The translations under genes and the position numbers were made by a program. Of a stretch of DNA of 64,000 nt, positions 1 to 9,343 are shown in pieces. How positions within the stretch are numbered: the first letter of the stretch is position 1; each line of letters opens with the position of its first letter. Source of the DNA: a virus. The notes beneath the pieces are model-generated. The model worked only from the letters and a program-made list of their open reading frames with translations. It did no database searches and had not been told where the DNA came from. Location of the stretch: the IMG/VR virus record IMGVR_UViG_3300032116_000161, positions 2,432 to 66,431 of that record, one strand, 5' to 3'.

Positions 1-118
1 AGATGGGGCATTTCCTCTACCATAATATTCATTTAATCCAATAGGAGTAGATCCACCATACTCCAATTGAAGATTCATTAAACTAATTGAATTTGGAGAA
101 ATTGGTAATGTCATTAAT

Positions 119-3100
119 TCAAACCACCTTTTTCTTTAATTCATCAATTTGTTTTTGCTGTTCTTTAATTGCTTCAATTAAAAGTGCTACTATGTTTCCA
201 TATGATACTGTTTTAATTCCATCTTCACTTTGCCCAACAACTTCTGGCAACACTTGTTCTATTTCTTGAGCAATTACACCAGCATGTCTCTTTTCCTTAT
301 CCGCTAAATCTTTTCTTACAAATGTTACTCCTCTAATTTTATTTAATTTTTCTATTGCGTTTTCAATAACTTCAATATCATCTTTAATTGAAACATCAGA
401 ATAAGCAATTACATTTCCTGTAGCAGTTAAATCACCCGTACTAGCATTAAATGTAAATGCTGTTGCTGTTGTCCTTACACTTGCGGTTTGATTAGATCCT
501 GCTGCAGCAACAAACACAGGATAAAAAGTAGTATTATCAGTAGTATTTGTTGCGTTAATTGTAGTAGATGGTCCTGTTGAACCTTGGATTCCCTGTGTTC
601 CTGTCGTACCCTGAGTTCCAGTAATCCCCTGAATACCTTGAGATCCTGTAGTTCCCTGAGCACCGGTAGTTCCTTGTGTTCCTGTCGTACCCTGAGTTCC
701 AGTAATCCCCTGAATACCTTGAGTACCAGTAGTTCCTTGAGCACCGGTAGTTCCTTGTGTTCCTGTCGTACCCTGAGTTCCTGTGGCTCCTTGAGCACCA
801 GTTATACCTTGAATACCTTGAGTACCAGTAGTTCCTTGAGCACCAGTTATACCTTGAATACCTTGAGTACCAGTAGTTCCTTGAGTACCAGTGGTCCCTT
901 GTATACCTTGAGTACCAGTAGTTCCTTGTGCTCCTGTTGTACCTTGAGTTCCAGTGGTCCCTTGTATACCTTGAGTTCCAGTGGTCCCTTGTATACCTTG
1001 AGTACCAGTAGTTCCTTGCGATCCTACAGTTCCCTGAGCCCCTGTTGTACCTTGAGTACCAGTAGTTCCTTGAGCCCCTGTTGTACCTTGAATACCTTGA
1101 GTACCAGTAGTTCCTTGTGCTCCTGTTGTACCTTGAGTTCCAGTGGTCCCTTGTATACCTTGAGTACCAGTAGTTCCTTGCGATCCTACAGTTCCCTGAG
1201 CCCCTGTTGTACCTTGAGTACCAGTAGTTCCTTGAGCCCCTGTTGTACCTTGAGTACCAGTAGTTCCCTGAACACCCAATATACCTTGAATTCCCTGAAT
1301 TCCAGCAGCGTAAGGAGCAGTCCAAGAAACACCAGTACCAATAGAAACAAGAATGCTACCAGCAACTCCAACAGTGTTATTAATATCCTTAATACTTGAA
1401 TCTAGTTCAAGAACACCTGCGATAGTTGCGATGCCAGAAACATTAATACCTTGACTCAGATTAATTTGAGTTCCCTGAAGGTTTGATATTGTCAGTAAAT
1501 TTTGACCTGGATTATAAAGTAAAGCAGTATCAATATAAAGAGAAGTATAACCAATTCCAGATTCAAATGGAATGTAATAAACATTGTCATCACTAGCTTG
1601 TGGTAAAATATTAATGTATTCTGCGTTTGTTGAACTAGAAGAATTACCACTAAAAGATGTTGCGGTTATAATTCCAGAAGCATTAATATTCCTAACAAAT
1701 GCTAAATCATTTTGAGTAAATTGAACATTACCAGATGCCAATCTGGTTCCTACTGGAAACTGAGTTGATCCAATACCAACACCATAATTAAACAACCAAG
1801 CATCAGTACCTAAACCTCCCCAAGTACCTTGCTTAACCCACATAATCTGCTTGTAGGTATCGGGAAGTGTATTAATACCTACAGCATTTAATGCTACTAA
1901 AGGGTTACCTTCTGTTGAAGCAATAGCGATACCACCATGATTCGCACTACTATCACTAGGTAGTGTAGTTGTACTAAATCCAAGAACAATATCTCTATCT
2001 TCTACTCTAAGTTCTGTAGCATTGATATAAACAGAAGTACCACCAATTGTTATATTATTTTGAACGTTTAAATCATAAACACTTAATTGAGTTCCATCAA
2101 AGGTAAAATTACTTGATCCAGTTGGTTCATTACTACCATTTTTGTAAACAACTTCATAAGATAATCCTGCTACTGGACCAGAAACACCTTGAGTGCCTTG
2201 AATTCCTTGAGTACCTTGAATTCCTTGAGTTCCTTGAGTTCCCTGAAGACCTTGTGTTCCTTGAGTTCCTTGAGTTCCCTGAAGACCTTGTGTTCCTTGT
2301 GTTCCTTGTAGTCCCTGAAGACCTTGAGTTCCTTGAGTTCCTTGAGTTCCCTGAAGACCTTGTGTTCCTTGTAGTCCCTGAAGACCTTGAGTTCCTTGAG
2401 TTCCTTGAGTTCCCTGAAGACCTTGTGTTCCTTGAGCACCAGTTATACCTTGAATACCTTGAGTACCAGTAGTTCCTTGAGCACCAGTTATACCTTGAAT
2501 ACCTTGAGTACCAGTAGTTCCTTGTGCTCCTGTTGTACCTTGAGTACCTTGAAGACCCTGTAAACCTTGAGTTCCTTGAGTACCTTGAGTACCTTGAAGA
2601 CCCTGTAAACCTTGAAGTCCTTGAGTACCTTGAAGACCCTGTAAACCTTGAAGTCCTTGAGTACCTTGAAGACCCTGTAAACCTTGAGTTCCTTGAGTAC
2701 CTTGAAGACCCTGTAAACCTTGAGTTCCTTGAGTTCCTTGAGTACCTTGTGTTCCTTGAACACCTTGACTACCAGTAGTACCTTGTATACCTGTAACACC
2801 TTGAGAACCCGTAGTTCCTTGTGTACCAGCACCTGTAGCACCTTGAACACCTGTAGTTCCTTGAGTTCCAGTTGCTCCTTGTATACCAACAATCCCTTGT
2901 ATTCCAATAGTTCCTTGTGTACCTTGAGCACCTGTAGCTCCAATAGGAGATCCATTAACATGGAAAGCAGTAGCACTAATAATGCCACTACTCCCATTAA
3001 TTGTAACTCCAGTACCAACAATAATACGATTACTATTTCCATCTAAAGTAATAGAGGAAGATCCAATAGTAACAATACCAGTTACTCTAACATCACCTTC

Positions 3101-3925
3101 AACATATAACTTATATCCATCTTTAGCAGTTGTACCAATACCAACATTTTTAATGGTATTAATTCCAACAGAGTCTACTGACCAAGTACCAGCAGATCCA
3201 ACAACTCCACCTGATACCGTTTCAAATATGAACTTACCTACAGAATGATCGTACTTAAGAAATTTGCCGTCATATACAGAAGCATTCGTAGCAATACCAA
3301 CAATATCGTCAAGATACTTTAACTGAGTTTCTCCGCCGCCGCCAAGTGTAGATAGTTGCTGCTGAATACGATTAATGAATAAAGTGTAATGTTTATTCAA
3401 ATCTTCAACACTCACAAGTGGTGTTAAAGGATCACTATTTTTTGTTTCGGGTGGTTCGTTTAAAAGACCTTCTTGTATCTGATCATAGATTTTTAGAACC
3501 TTTGAAATCTTGTCTTTAATTTCTGGTAAATTTAGTAACGTAGATTCAGAAATTTCTTGGAAGACCTGATCTCGTACTTCAATTAGTTCTTTATTACTTT
3601 GAGAAATATAACTCTCAACATTGTTTAAAGACTTGTGATATTGCTCTTCATCTTCTTCTAACTCTTCAATTTTAACATCAGAGTCAGCAGCAAAAGATTT
3701 TCTCCAATGATATAAATTCTCTTCTTCTACTTGAACATCTACTTCTACTTCATCATATATTTTTGGTAACTTTTCTACAACAGATTCCTTAACAACAAAA
3801 ACTTCAGAGTCACTTTCACCTTCAAGGACTCCTGTGTTTTTAAGTTCTTCATCAAGTTCCTTTATCTTGTTATCTAAATCTTTTGAGGGTTTAGAATACT
3901 TGATAGTTTTCTTAAAAATTCCCAT
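119..3925 (-). CDS. Collagen-like tail fibre protein with C-terminal intramolecular chaperone (peptidase S74-like) domain
   Basis: Two long (G-X-Y)n blocks; C-terminal SD..IK.DI..IENAIEKLNKIRGVTF...GVIAQEIEQVLPEVV...V.YGNIVALLIEAIKE motif typical of S74 chaperones. Confidence 0.85.
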   Translation of the reverse strand: MGIFKKTIKYSKPSKDLDNKIKELDEELKNTGVLEGESDSEVFVVKESVVEKLPKIYDEVEVDVQVEEENLYHWRKSFAADSDVKIEELEEDEEQYHKSLNNVESYISQSNKELIEVRDQVFQEISESTLLNLPEIKDKISKVLKIYDQIQEGLLNEPPETKNSDPLTPLVSVEDLNKHYTLFINRIQQQLSTLGGGGETQLKYLDDIVGIATNASVYDGKFLKYDHSVGKFIFETVSGGVVGSAGTWSVDSVGINTIKNVGIGTTAKDGYKLYVEGDVRVTGIVTIGSSSITLDGNSNRIIVGTGVTINGSSGIISATAFHVNGSPIGATGAQGTQGTIGIQGIVGIQGATGTQGTTGVQGATGAGTQGTTGSQGVTGIQGTTGSQGVQGTQGTQGTQGTQGLQGLQGTQGTQGLQGLQGTQGLQGLQGLQGTQGLQGLQGLQGTQGTQGTQGLQGLQGTQGTTGAQGTTGTQGIQGITGAQGTTGTQGIQGITGAQGTQGLQGTQGTQGTQGLQGLQGTQGLQGTQGTQGTQGLQGLQGTQGTQGLQGTQGTQGTQGLQGTQGTQGIQGTQGIQGTQGVSGPVAGLSYEVVYKNGSNEPTGSSNFTFDGTQLSVYDLNVQNNITIGGTSVYINATELRVEDRDIVLGFSTTTLPSDSSANHGGIAIASTEGNPLVALNAVGINTLPDTYKQIMWVKQGTWGGLGTDAWLFNYGVGIGSTQFPVGTRLASGNVQFTQNDLAFVRNINASGIITATSFSGNSSSSTNAEYINILPQASDDNVYYIPFESGIGYTSLYIDTALLYNPGQNLLTISNLQGTQINLSQGINVSGIATIAGVLELDSSIKDINNTVGVAGSILVSIGTGVSWTAPYAAGIQGIQGILGVQGTTGTQGTTGAQGTTGTQGTTGAQGTVGSQGTTGTQGIQGTTGTQGTTGAQGTTGTQGIQGTTGAQGTTGTQGTTGAQGTVGSQGTTGTQGIQGTTGTQGIQGTTGTQGTTGAQGTTGTQGIQGTTGTQGTTGTQGIQGITGAQGTTGTQGIQGITGAQGATGTQGTTGTQGTTGAQGTTGTQGIQGITGTQGTTGTQGTTGAQGTTGSQGIQGITGTQGTTGTQGIQGSTGPSTTINATNTTDNTTFYPVFVAAAGSNQTASVRTTATAFTFNASTGDLTATGNVIAYSDVSIKDDIEVIENAIEKLNKIRGVTFVRKDLADKEKRHAGVIAQEIEQVLPEVVGQSEDGIKTVSYGNIVALLIEAIKEQQKQIDELKKKVV
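565..1305 (-). repeat. Collagen-coding tandem repeat block 2 (GTQ/GTT/GAQ/GIQ triplets)
   Basis: Repeated 9-nt-period units such as ccttgagtaccagtagttccttg. Confidence 0.9.
2180..2945 (-). repeat. Collagen-coding tandem repeat block 1 (GTQ/GLQ triplets)
   Basis: Repeated units ccttgagtt and ccttgaagaccctgtaaa. Confidence 0.9.
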
Positions 3926-3961
3926 TAATTATGAATAGTTTTTTTCCTTATCAAGTATTTA

Positions 3962-4126
3962 TTATACCCTATATTCTTCTATTTTATCAAGCACCTTGTT
4001 CAGGTATTGATGTGCTAACCACTTTGGATCATGTCCAGATTTATCCATCCACTCCTTATCCAAGTCTGCCTTTAATTTAATAACCTCACACTTTATAATA
4101 TCCTTAGTCAGTTGTCCTCTGGGCAT
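3962..4126 (-). CDS. Small hypothetical protein (54 aa, MPRGQLTKDIIKCEVIKLK...)
   Basis: Manually translated ATG..TAA ORF filling the gap; upstream AGAGG. Confidence 0.7.
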   Translation of the reverse strand: MPRGQLTKDIIKCEVIKLKADLDKEWMDKSGHDPKWLAHQYLNKVLDKIEEYRV

Positions 4127-4184
4127 ATACAAAAAAACTCTGCCTCTTATTTAGAGACAGAGTTGGGTATTATTACTTATTCTA

Positions 4185-4712
4185 TCAAACTGGTGCGGTT
4201 TCCCTCACAGTTGACTTTACATATTCTAGAACATTTTCAGGTGTCGATACTTCGTATGGGTCGGTGTCTGCGTTGTCACGGAAACCGTCTTCAAGGAATA
4301 GTTTCTCGATGACTCCGTTATCCACAACCGCAGCATAACGCCAAGAACGCTGACCGAAACCAAGGTTAGACTTGTTGACCAGATAACCCATACTTCTGGT
4401 GAAATAGGCATTTCCATCGGGGATAAGTTTTACTTTTTCAATATTTTGATCTTGTGCCCAGGCATTCATGACAAAGCCGTCATTAACAGAAAGGCAGTAA
4501 ATAGCGTCAATGCCAAGAGCAGCAAATTCATCGTAGTTCTCCTCGAATCCTGGAAGTTGATAGGCACTACAAGTAGGAGTGAATGCACCAGGCAGACTGA
4601 AAATTACTACTCGCTTATTATCAAACAGTTCGGAAGTGGTGCGAGTTACAAACTCACCATTCTCACGAAATACAAAAGATACTTGTGGGACTTGATATTG
4701 TTCTTTACGCAT
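4185..4712 (-). CDS. Peroxiredoxin (PRX5-like/redoxin family)
   Basis: LPGAFTPTCS peroxidatic motif, SVND.FVM.AW, RSWRYA; start reassigned to MRKEQ (GAGG RBS). Confidence 0.9.
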   Translation of the reverse strand: MRKEQYQVPQVSFVFRENGEFVTRTTSELFDNKRVVIFSLPGAFTPTCSAYQLPGFEENYDEFAALGIDAIYCLSVNDGFVMNAWAQDQNIEKVKLIPDGNAYFTRSMGYLVNKSNLGFGQRSWRYAAVVDNGVIEKLFLEDGFRDNADTDPYEVSTPENVLEYVKSTVRETAPV

Positions 4713-4723
4713 TTTAACCTCCA

Positions 4724-4831
4724 TCACCATACACCGGGAATTACTTGACCCGTCAGGGCATAAGATCCCATTGCGGCAACGATACCGATCATTGCTGCCC
4801 AACCATTAATGCGTTCTGCTCTTTCGTTCAT
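4724..4831 (-). CDS. hli: High-light-inducible protein (35 aa)
   Basis: MNERAERINGWAAMIGIVAAMGSYALTGQVIPGVW: AExxNGxxAMxG plus TGQxIPG motif; absent from ORF track. Confidence 0.92.
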   Translation of the reverse strand: MNERAERINGWAAMIGIVAAMGSYALTGQVIPGVW

Positions 4832-4847
4832 TGTTTTTCTCCTAAAA

Positions 4848-5138
4848 TTAAAGGTTTTCTTCTTGTTCGGTAAGAATCACACAATCGCTAGTGGGATAAG
4901 CGGTACATGTAAGAATCCAACCGTCTGCTACTTGATCATCATCAAGGAATGACTGCTCTTCATTATCTACGGTTCCTTCTACGAGTTTACCAGCACAGGC
5001 GGAGCAAGCACCAGCACGGCACGACGCAGGAAGGTCAATACCCGCCTCTTCTGCCGCTTCAAGAATATACTGATCGCTCGCACACTGAATGGTAGTCTCG
5101 GAACCGTCGGGAGAGCGGAGAGTAACATTATAGGTCAT
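4848..5138 (-). CDS. petF: Plant-type [2Fe-2S] ferredoxin
   Basis: CRAGACSAC...LTC motif, EQSFLDDDQ. Confidence 0.96.
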   Translation of the reverse strand: MTYNVTLRSPDGSETTIQCASDQYILEAAEEAGIDLPASCRAGACSACAGKLVEGTVDNEEQSFLDDDQVADGWILTCTAYPTSDCVILTEQEENL

Positions 5139-5150
5139 AGGTAAAAATAC

Positions 5151-5360
5151 TTAAAAAATACCAAAGAACAGTTTACCAGTAAATGCGTAAGAAATCAAGG
5201 CTGCTACGAAACCCATCATCGCAGTGCGACCATTGAGACGCTCTGCTTTCTCGGCATATGGTTCAATACCATAACGCTCAAGATCTTCCTTTGTCATGTA
5301 CATGGAAGGTTCTTTAGCAAACATATTCATTTGCCCGAACTCATTTTTAGTTACAGTCAT
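5151..5360 (-). CDS. hli: High-light-inducible protein with N-terminal extension
   Basis: AERLNGRTAMMGF motif and N-terminal GQMNMFAKEP. Confidence 0.9.
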   Translation of the reverse strand: MTVTKNEFGQMNMFAKEPSMYMTKEDLERYGIEPYAEKAERLNGRTAMMGFVAALISYAFTGKLFFGIF

Positions 5361-5361
5361 T

Positions 5362-5424
5362 GTTACATTCATTAAGAATTGTTACACAATTATATAGCAA
5401 AAATAAAGAGGGGTCAAGCCCCTC
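5362..5424 (-). promoter_or_regulatory. Sigma70-type promoter embedded in a terminator, with HLR1-like direct repeats downstream
   Basis: TTGACC-17nt-TATAAT; hairpin GAGGGG/CCCCTC plus T-tract; plus-strand GTTACATT, ATTAAGAA, GTTACACA at about 10-nt period. Confidence 0.7.
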
Positions 5425-5459
5425 TTGTTACGGTTTTCACACAAGGTAAGTATAAATGC

Positions 5460-6251
5460 TTACTGATTGGGTTGAGAAGGTTCTGTAACTCTTCCCAGAT
5501 AAGGATCATATGCCATCAAATCATCTATCTTCATGTTTGGTCCCTGCTGTTCCCAATAGTTTCTCAATCCATCATGACTAGCACGGTGGAAAATATCAAT
5601 GTGCTCTGGGTGAATTGAAGATCCCAACTGAATCTTATACAATAAAAGTGGTATGGCATAAGTGTTTCCAGAATTATAAATCAAATCATCGGCAACTGCT
5701 CTGGGTTTCACACCATTATCAAGTTTATATTTGCCATCTCTAATATGATGTTTAATAATTTTCTCTGCGTGATGCCGAGTAATCATATAACAAGCAGTAG
5801 AGAAGTCATTAATAAATCTACGATGAAGTTTTACATGAAGATCTCCTGTGCAGATAATTGCCAACTGAACCACATCCCAATCATAAGGAAGTTTAGAGGC
5901 AAATTGTGTCCAGGTAAAATCCCAAAAACGAACAGTATCTAAATCAACATCATCCTCCATGAAAATAGCATAAGGACTATCCGAAGTATCCATCCAGTGT
6001 TTAATTGCCTTAAGATGAGAGGTTGTACATCCAATCTCTCCAGAAGTCATGTCTTCTGGATATCTACCTTTAATAATGTCGCTTAAATCATCATCTCTAC
6101 CATCATAAGCAGAGATGCGTTCATAGTTTTCTACCTCCCAATACTTGAGTTGATCCTCCATATATTGTCTTCTCTCTGATTGTCCGTCCAGATTAAGATA
6201 ATATACAGGTCCAAAGTTTTTGAGTTTATATGCTGATTTGTTTCTATCCAT
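5460..6251 (-). CDS. Glycosyltransferase family 25-like
   Basis: YYLNLD...ERR, ISAYDG, GEIGCTTSH, FMEDD motifs. Confidence 0.85.
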   Translation of the reverse strand: MDRNKSAYKLKNFGPVYYLNLDGQSERRQYMEDQLKYWEVENYERISAYDGRDDDLSDIIKGRYPEDMTSGEIGCTTSHLKAIKHWMDTSDSPYAIFMEDDVDLDTVRFWDFTWTQFASKLPYDWDVVQLAIICTGDLHVKLHRRFINDFSTACYMITRHHAEKIIKHHIRDGKYKLDNGVKPRAVADDLIYNSGNTYAIPLLLYKIQLGSSIHPEHIDIFHRASHDGLRNYWEQQGPNMKIDDLMAYDPYLGRVTEPSQPNQ

Positions 6252-7042
6252 TAGATAATAGTCCAGGTTTCAGGAATTAAATCTTTTGTTTCTTTATCGG
6301 CGTTATTAGGACCAAACCACTTTGATGGTGCGATGACCTGTTCACTCTTTGCCAACCAGGCACCCCACCAGGAGAACGATGAATTGGCAATGATGTGTGA
6401 TGTACAAAAAGTCATCAGGCACAAATCAATCTTATTGTCTCCAGATTCTGATACAAGGAACCGATCGTCCGAGAACAGTTCTTGCTCCTGACACCATTCA
6501 GGATCATCAGAGAAGACAATGACTTGTCTTCCGTCAAAATGCTTTAGTGCTTCTTCATAGTATTCAAGAGACAGATTATGATGATTCGCATTATTTGTCA
6601 AGTAGTCCGTGCGACGAACATGAAGAGATACTGGATTGTCAAAACCTTCTGCGATCTCTTTACAAGGTTCTAGAATATGATCTCTGAATACAAAGTCTTC
6701 TCTAATAGAATCTTCTATATGTTTAAAGTATTTTTCTGATTGAAAATATCCAAACAATGAAATATCATTTGGACACTGATCAAACAAGAGTTGATCAAAA
6801 TGAAAGAATCGTTCTTGAGCAATAGGAGCATTGCCACCATCCAAATACTTGACATTTGATCTGGGTAGATTTGGTAGATCAAAGAGTTCAAACAACTGAT
6901 GAGATCTCCACTCATCCTCAAATTTAGAAGGTGGAATCCCAAAGTCATATCCTCTACGGGCAGCAATACCACGCAGAGAAGCATACTGGAACATTTGATT
7001 GCCCAGTCTACCCAAATGTCCTAGATGATTAAATGCCAGCAT
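6251..7042 (-). CDS. GT11 alpha-1,2-fucosyltransferase-like
   Basis: GRLGNQMFQYA, GYFQSEKYF, HVRRTDY, IIANSSFSWWGAWL. Confidence 0.9.
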   Translation of the reverse strand: MLAFNHLGHLGRLGNQMFQYASLRGIAARRGYDFGIPPSKFEDEWRSHQLFELFDLPNLPRSNVKYLDGGNAPIAQERFFHFDQLLFDQCPNDISLFGYFQSEKYFKHIEDSIREDFVFRDHILEPCKEIAEGFDNPVSLHVRRTDYLTNNANHHNLSLEYYEEALKHFDGRQVIVFSDDPEWCQEQELFSDDRFLVSESGDNKIDLCLMTFCTSHIIANSSFSWWGAWLAKSEQVIAPSKWFGPNNADKETKDLIPETWTII

Positions 7043-7844
7043 CTTTAAATCTCCGTGCCAAGTATTCCTGTTGATTCATATATTGTACAATCGTTTCTTT
7101 GTTCTGTTCTCTCAACCATTGCCATAGATTATGATTATCCATAAACTTTGGATTGTGATAATGAGAGTTATGAGTTCTTCCGTGTTCAAAATGCCAGATC
7201 CAATCGTTCACTCTGCCGACTCTATATCCAAGAGCATTAAAACGGAAATAGAACTCACAGTCTTCGGCACCCCATGATAGAAAATTTTCATTCCACATTC
7301 CACCAGCAATGACTTTTTCTCTGGAATAGAACTGTGTCCAACCAATCGTAGAAGATTCTGTTCTACATCTGGTCTCAATGACCCTCATATCAAATCCACT
7401 TTCAAGAAATGATTGAAAGACTTCCATTGGATAGTCTACCTGATACTGATAAACTCCACAACCATAAGGATAGATTACATCTGCTTCACCATTTAGGATC
7501 GTCTGATATGCCTGTTGATGACTACTGACAGGATAGATTACATCAACATCATGGCTACAAACTACTTTTGTTTCTGCCAGAAGAATCAGATCATTGAGAA
7601 TCCGAGTCTTATGAAACAAGTGAGCATCACTTTGTTCAAAAATATATTGAAGATTATCAGTGCTCACATATTTTTTAATCTCTGGGATCGCACGAAACTT
7701 AAATGTTTCTCTCTCACTGACTTCCTTTACAATTACTTTTGCCTCTGGAAAGTTCTTAAGAAGATAAGTTACAGAAGTAATGATATTTTTTAAACGATCT
7801 TCTGATTCAATCCTTGTGGGAATAATATAAGTCAAATCTTTCAT
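7029..7844 (-). CDS. GT2/GT7C-like glycosyltransferase
   Basis: HDVD (DxD), GGMWNENFLSWGAEDCEF motif. Confidence 0.8.
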   Translation of the reverse strand: MKDLTYIIPTRIESEDRLKNIITSVTYLLKNFPEAKVIVKEVSERETFKFRAIPEIKKYVSTDNLQYIFEQSDAHLFHKTRILNDLILLAETKVVCSHDVDVIYPVSSHQQAYQTILNGEADVIYPYGCGVYQYQVDYPMEVFQSFLESGFDMRVIETRCRTESSTIGWTQFYSREKVIAGGMWNENFLSWGAEDCEFYFRFNALGYRVGRVNDWIWHFEHGRTHNSHYHNPKFMDNHNLWQWLREQNKETIVQYMNQQEYLARRFKDAGI

Positions 7845-8674
7845 AGTTGAATCCATCCCTCTGGAATTAGATCTGACATATTATAATTGGCATATGCAGA
7901 ACCAAACCAGGTCTTCGGTGCGATGACTTTTCCACGACCATTTTGTAGCCAGGCACCCCACCAACTCATAGAACTGTTTGCGATGATTCCACCAGAAGAC
8001 ATACTCATCATACAGAGGTCATAGTAAGGAATAGGAGATCTAACTTTACCATCATTGGTATCTGATAGATGATTGTAAAGAGGATTCTCATCAGGAATCA
8101 AGAACCTATCATCAGTAAAGTTTTCTCTACACCAATCAAGGTCATCGGAAAATACAAAGACAGGAACATCGTCAGGAAACTCTGCCAATGCTTTCTGATA
8201 GTATTCAAGTGAACAAACAGGGTGGTATTGTGGTTGATTTAAATAATCACCCCGACGAACATGTAGGAAAATAAAATCCTTATATTGCTCGGTGATTTCT
8301 AAACAAGGTTCTTTGATGTCAGTCTTGAATTCAAAATCTTTACGAATAATATCTTCTGCGTTTTTGAAATATTTTTCTGTCTGAAAATAATCATGAAGAT
8401 TCACATTATCTGGGCAATCTTCAAAGAACTTTTCATTAAACTCAAAACATCCTGTGGCAATGCTTTGGTATGGTGTAATACCAAAGTTCTCTTCTGTCAC
8501 TGTTGACATTTCAAAGCACTCAAAAAGTCCATAGTTCGCATCACCATAAGAATTTGGTGGAGGAACTAACCAGGAATAATTGTGCTTTGCGGCAATACCA
8601 CGAAGCCCAGCATATTGGAACATTTGATTTCCAAGTCTGCCATTTGATCCAAGACGATTATAACTAATTGCCAT
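7841..8674 (-). CDS. Second GT11 alpha-1,2-fucosyltransferase-like
   Basis: GRLGNQMFQYA, HVRRGDY, IIANSSMSWWGAWL. Confidence 0.9.
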   Translation of the reverse strand: MAISYNRLGSNGRLGNQMFQYAGLRGIAAKHNYSWLVPPPNSYGDANYGLFECFEMSTVTEENFGITPYQSIATGCFEFNEKFFEDCPDNVNLHDYFQTEKYFKNAEDIIRKDFEFKTDIKEPCLEITEQYKDFIFLHVRRGDYLNQPQYHPVCSLEYYQKALAEFPDDVPVFVFSDDLDWCRENFTDDRFLIPDENPLYNHLSDTNDGKVRSPIPYYDLCMMSMSSGGIIANSSMSWWGAWLQNGRGKVIAPKTWFGSAYANYNMSDLIPEGWIQL

Positions 8675-9030
8675 CAGTCTCCCCTCTCAATACGAATACT
8701 GTCTTCATCAAAGTGTTGTGTTGAAAATTCAAAAAGTTCTGTGTCCAATAAAGCAGTCATTTGATGTCTCAATCCCCTGTAAATATGAAACTTATCTCCA
8801 GGATTTAAAATGATTTCAATGGCATTACATATATCATCTTCATCACCATAAAGAAGTTTAATTTTTCCTGATTGAATATAAAAAACTTCGTCCTTAAGTT
8901 TGTGATAATGCCAAGAACACTTCTTTCCCTTTACAAAATAAAGGAGTTTCCCACAGTATTCTTCACAATTCACAATCCACTTTTCAAATCCCCATCCTTT
9001 GGGAACAAACTTAATCTCCGAAGAACTCAT
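8674..9030 (-). CDS. Cupin sugar isomerase-like protein (mannose-6-P/D-lyxose isomerase-like)
   Basis: KGWGFEKWIVN.EEYCGKLL, SWHYHKLKDE, H.M cupin metal motifs. Confidence 0.75.
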   Translation of the reverse strand: MSSSEIKFVPKGWGFEKWIVNCEEYCGKLLYFVKGKKCSWHYHKLKDEVFYIQSGKIKLLYGDEDDICNAIEIILNPGDKFHIYRGLRHQMTALLDTELFEFSTQHFDEDSIRIERGD

Positions 9031-9343
9031 TAGCATTCATTCCTTTATCGTCAATGTAGTAATCACCAGAAGGTTTGCCTAGAACTAACTTGTGATACTT
9101 ACAACCCCAACGGTCTAGTTGATGCTTTGTAAGTTCATAGAACATTCTTTTCGCTAGGTCAGCATTGTCGCCCGACCTACCCATACCTCTAGCGGTAAGA
9201 TAAATGATTTGGTTTCCTTCATCATACAACTTATTTATTTTGGCAATCCTATCGGGTTTTGGAATACTGGTTTCATAATCACAATCATCTCTACACTCTG
9301 GTTTATCACAGATTGTACCGTCAATATCAACCACATACTTCAT
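9011..9343 (-). CDS. HAD-family phosphatase (capsule-biosynthesis phosphatase-like)
   Basis: DIDGTI, LTARG, GKP..DYYIDDK. Confidence 0.85.
   Translation of the reverse strand: MKYVVDIDGTICDKPECRDDCDYETSIPKPDRIAKINKLYDEGNQIIYLTARGMGRSGDNADLAKRMFYELTKHQLDRWGCKYHKLVLGKPSGDYYIDDKGMNANEFFGD

Noticed and set aside
1-118. Possible start of the next minus-strand gene (ATG near 11)
   Set aside because: Truncated by the window edge; too little sequence to call
565-2945. Repeats as a possible CRISPR array
   Set aside because: No unique spacers; in-frame G-X-Y coding repeats
475-3046. Long alternative-frame and antisense ORFs over the collagen blocks (e.g. 555-1325, 584-1399, 2488-3042)
   Set aside because: By-products of stop-free 9-nt repeats
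4713-4802. N-terminal extension of the peroxiredoxin in the ORF track
   Set aside because: Overlaps the 35-aa hli gene in another frame; better RBS at 4712
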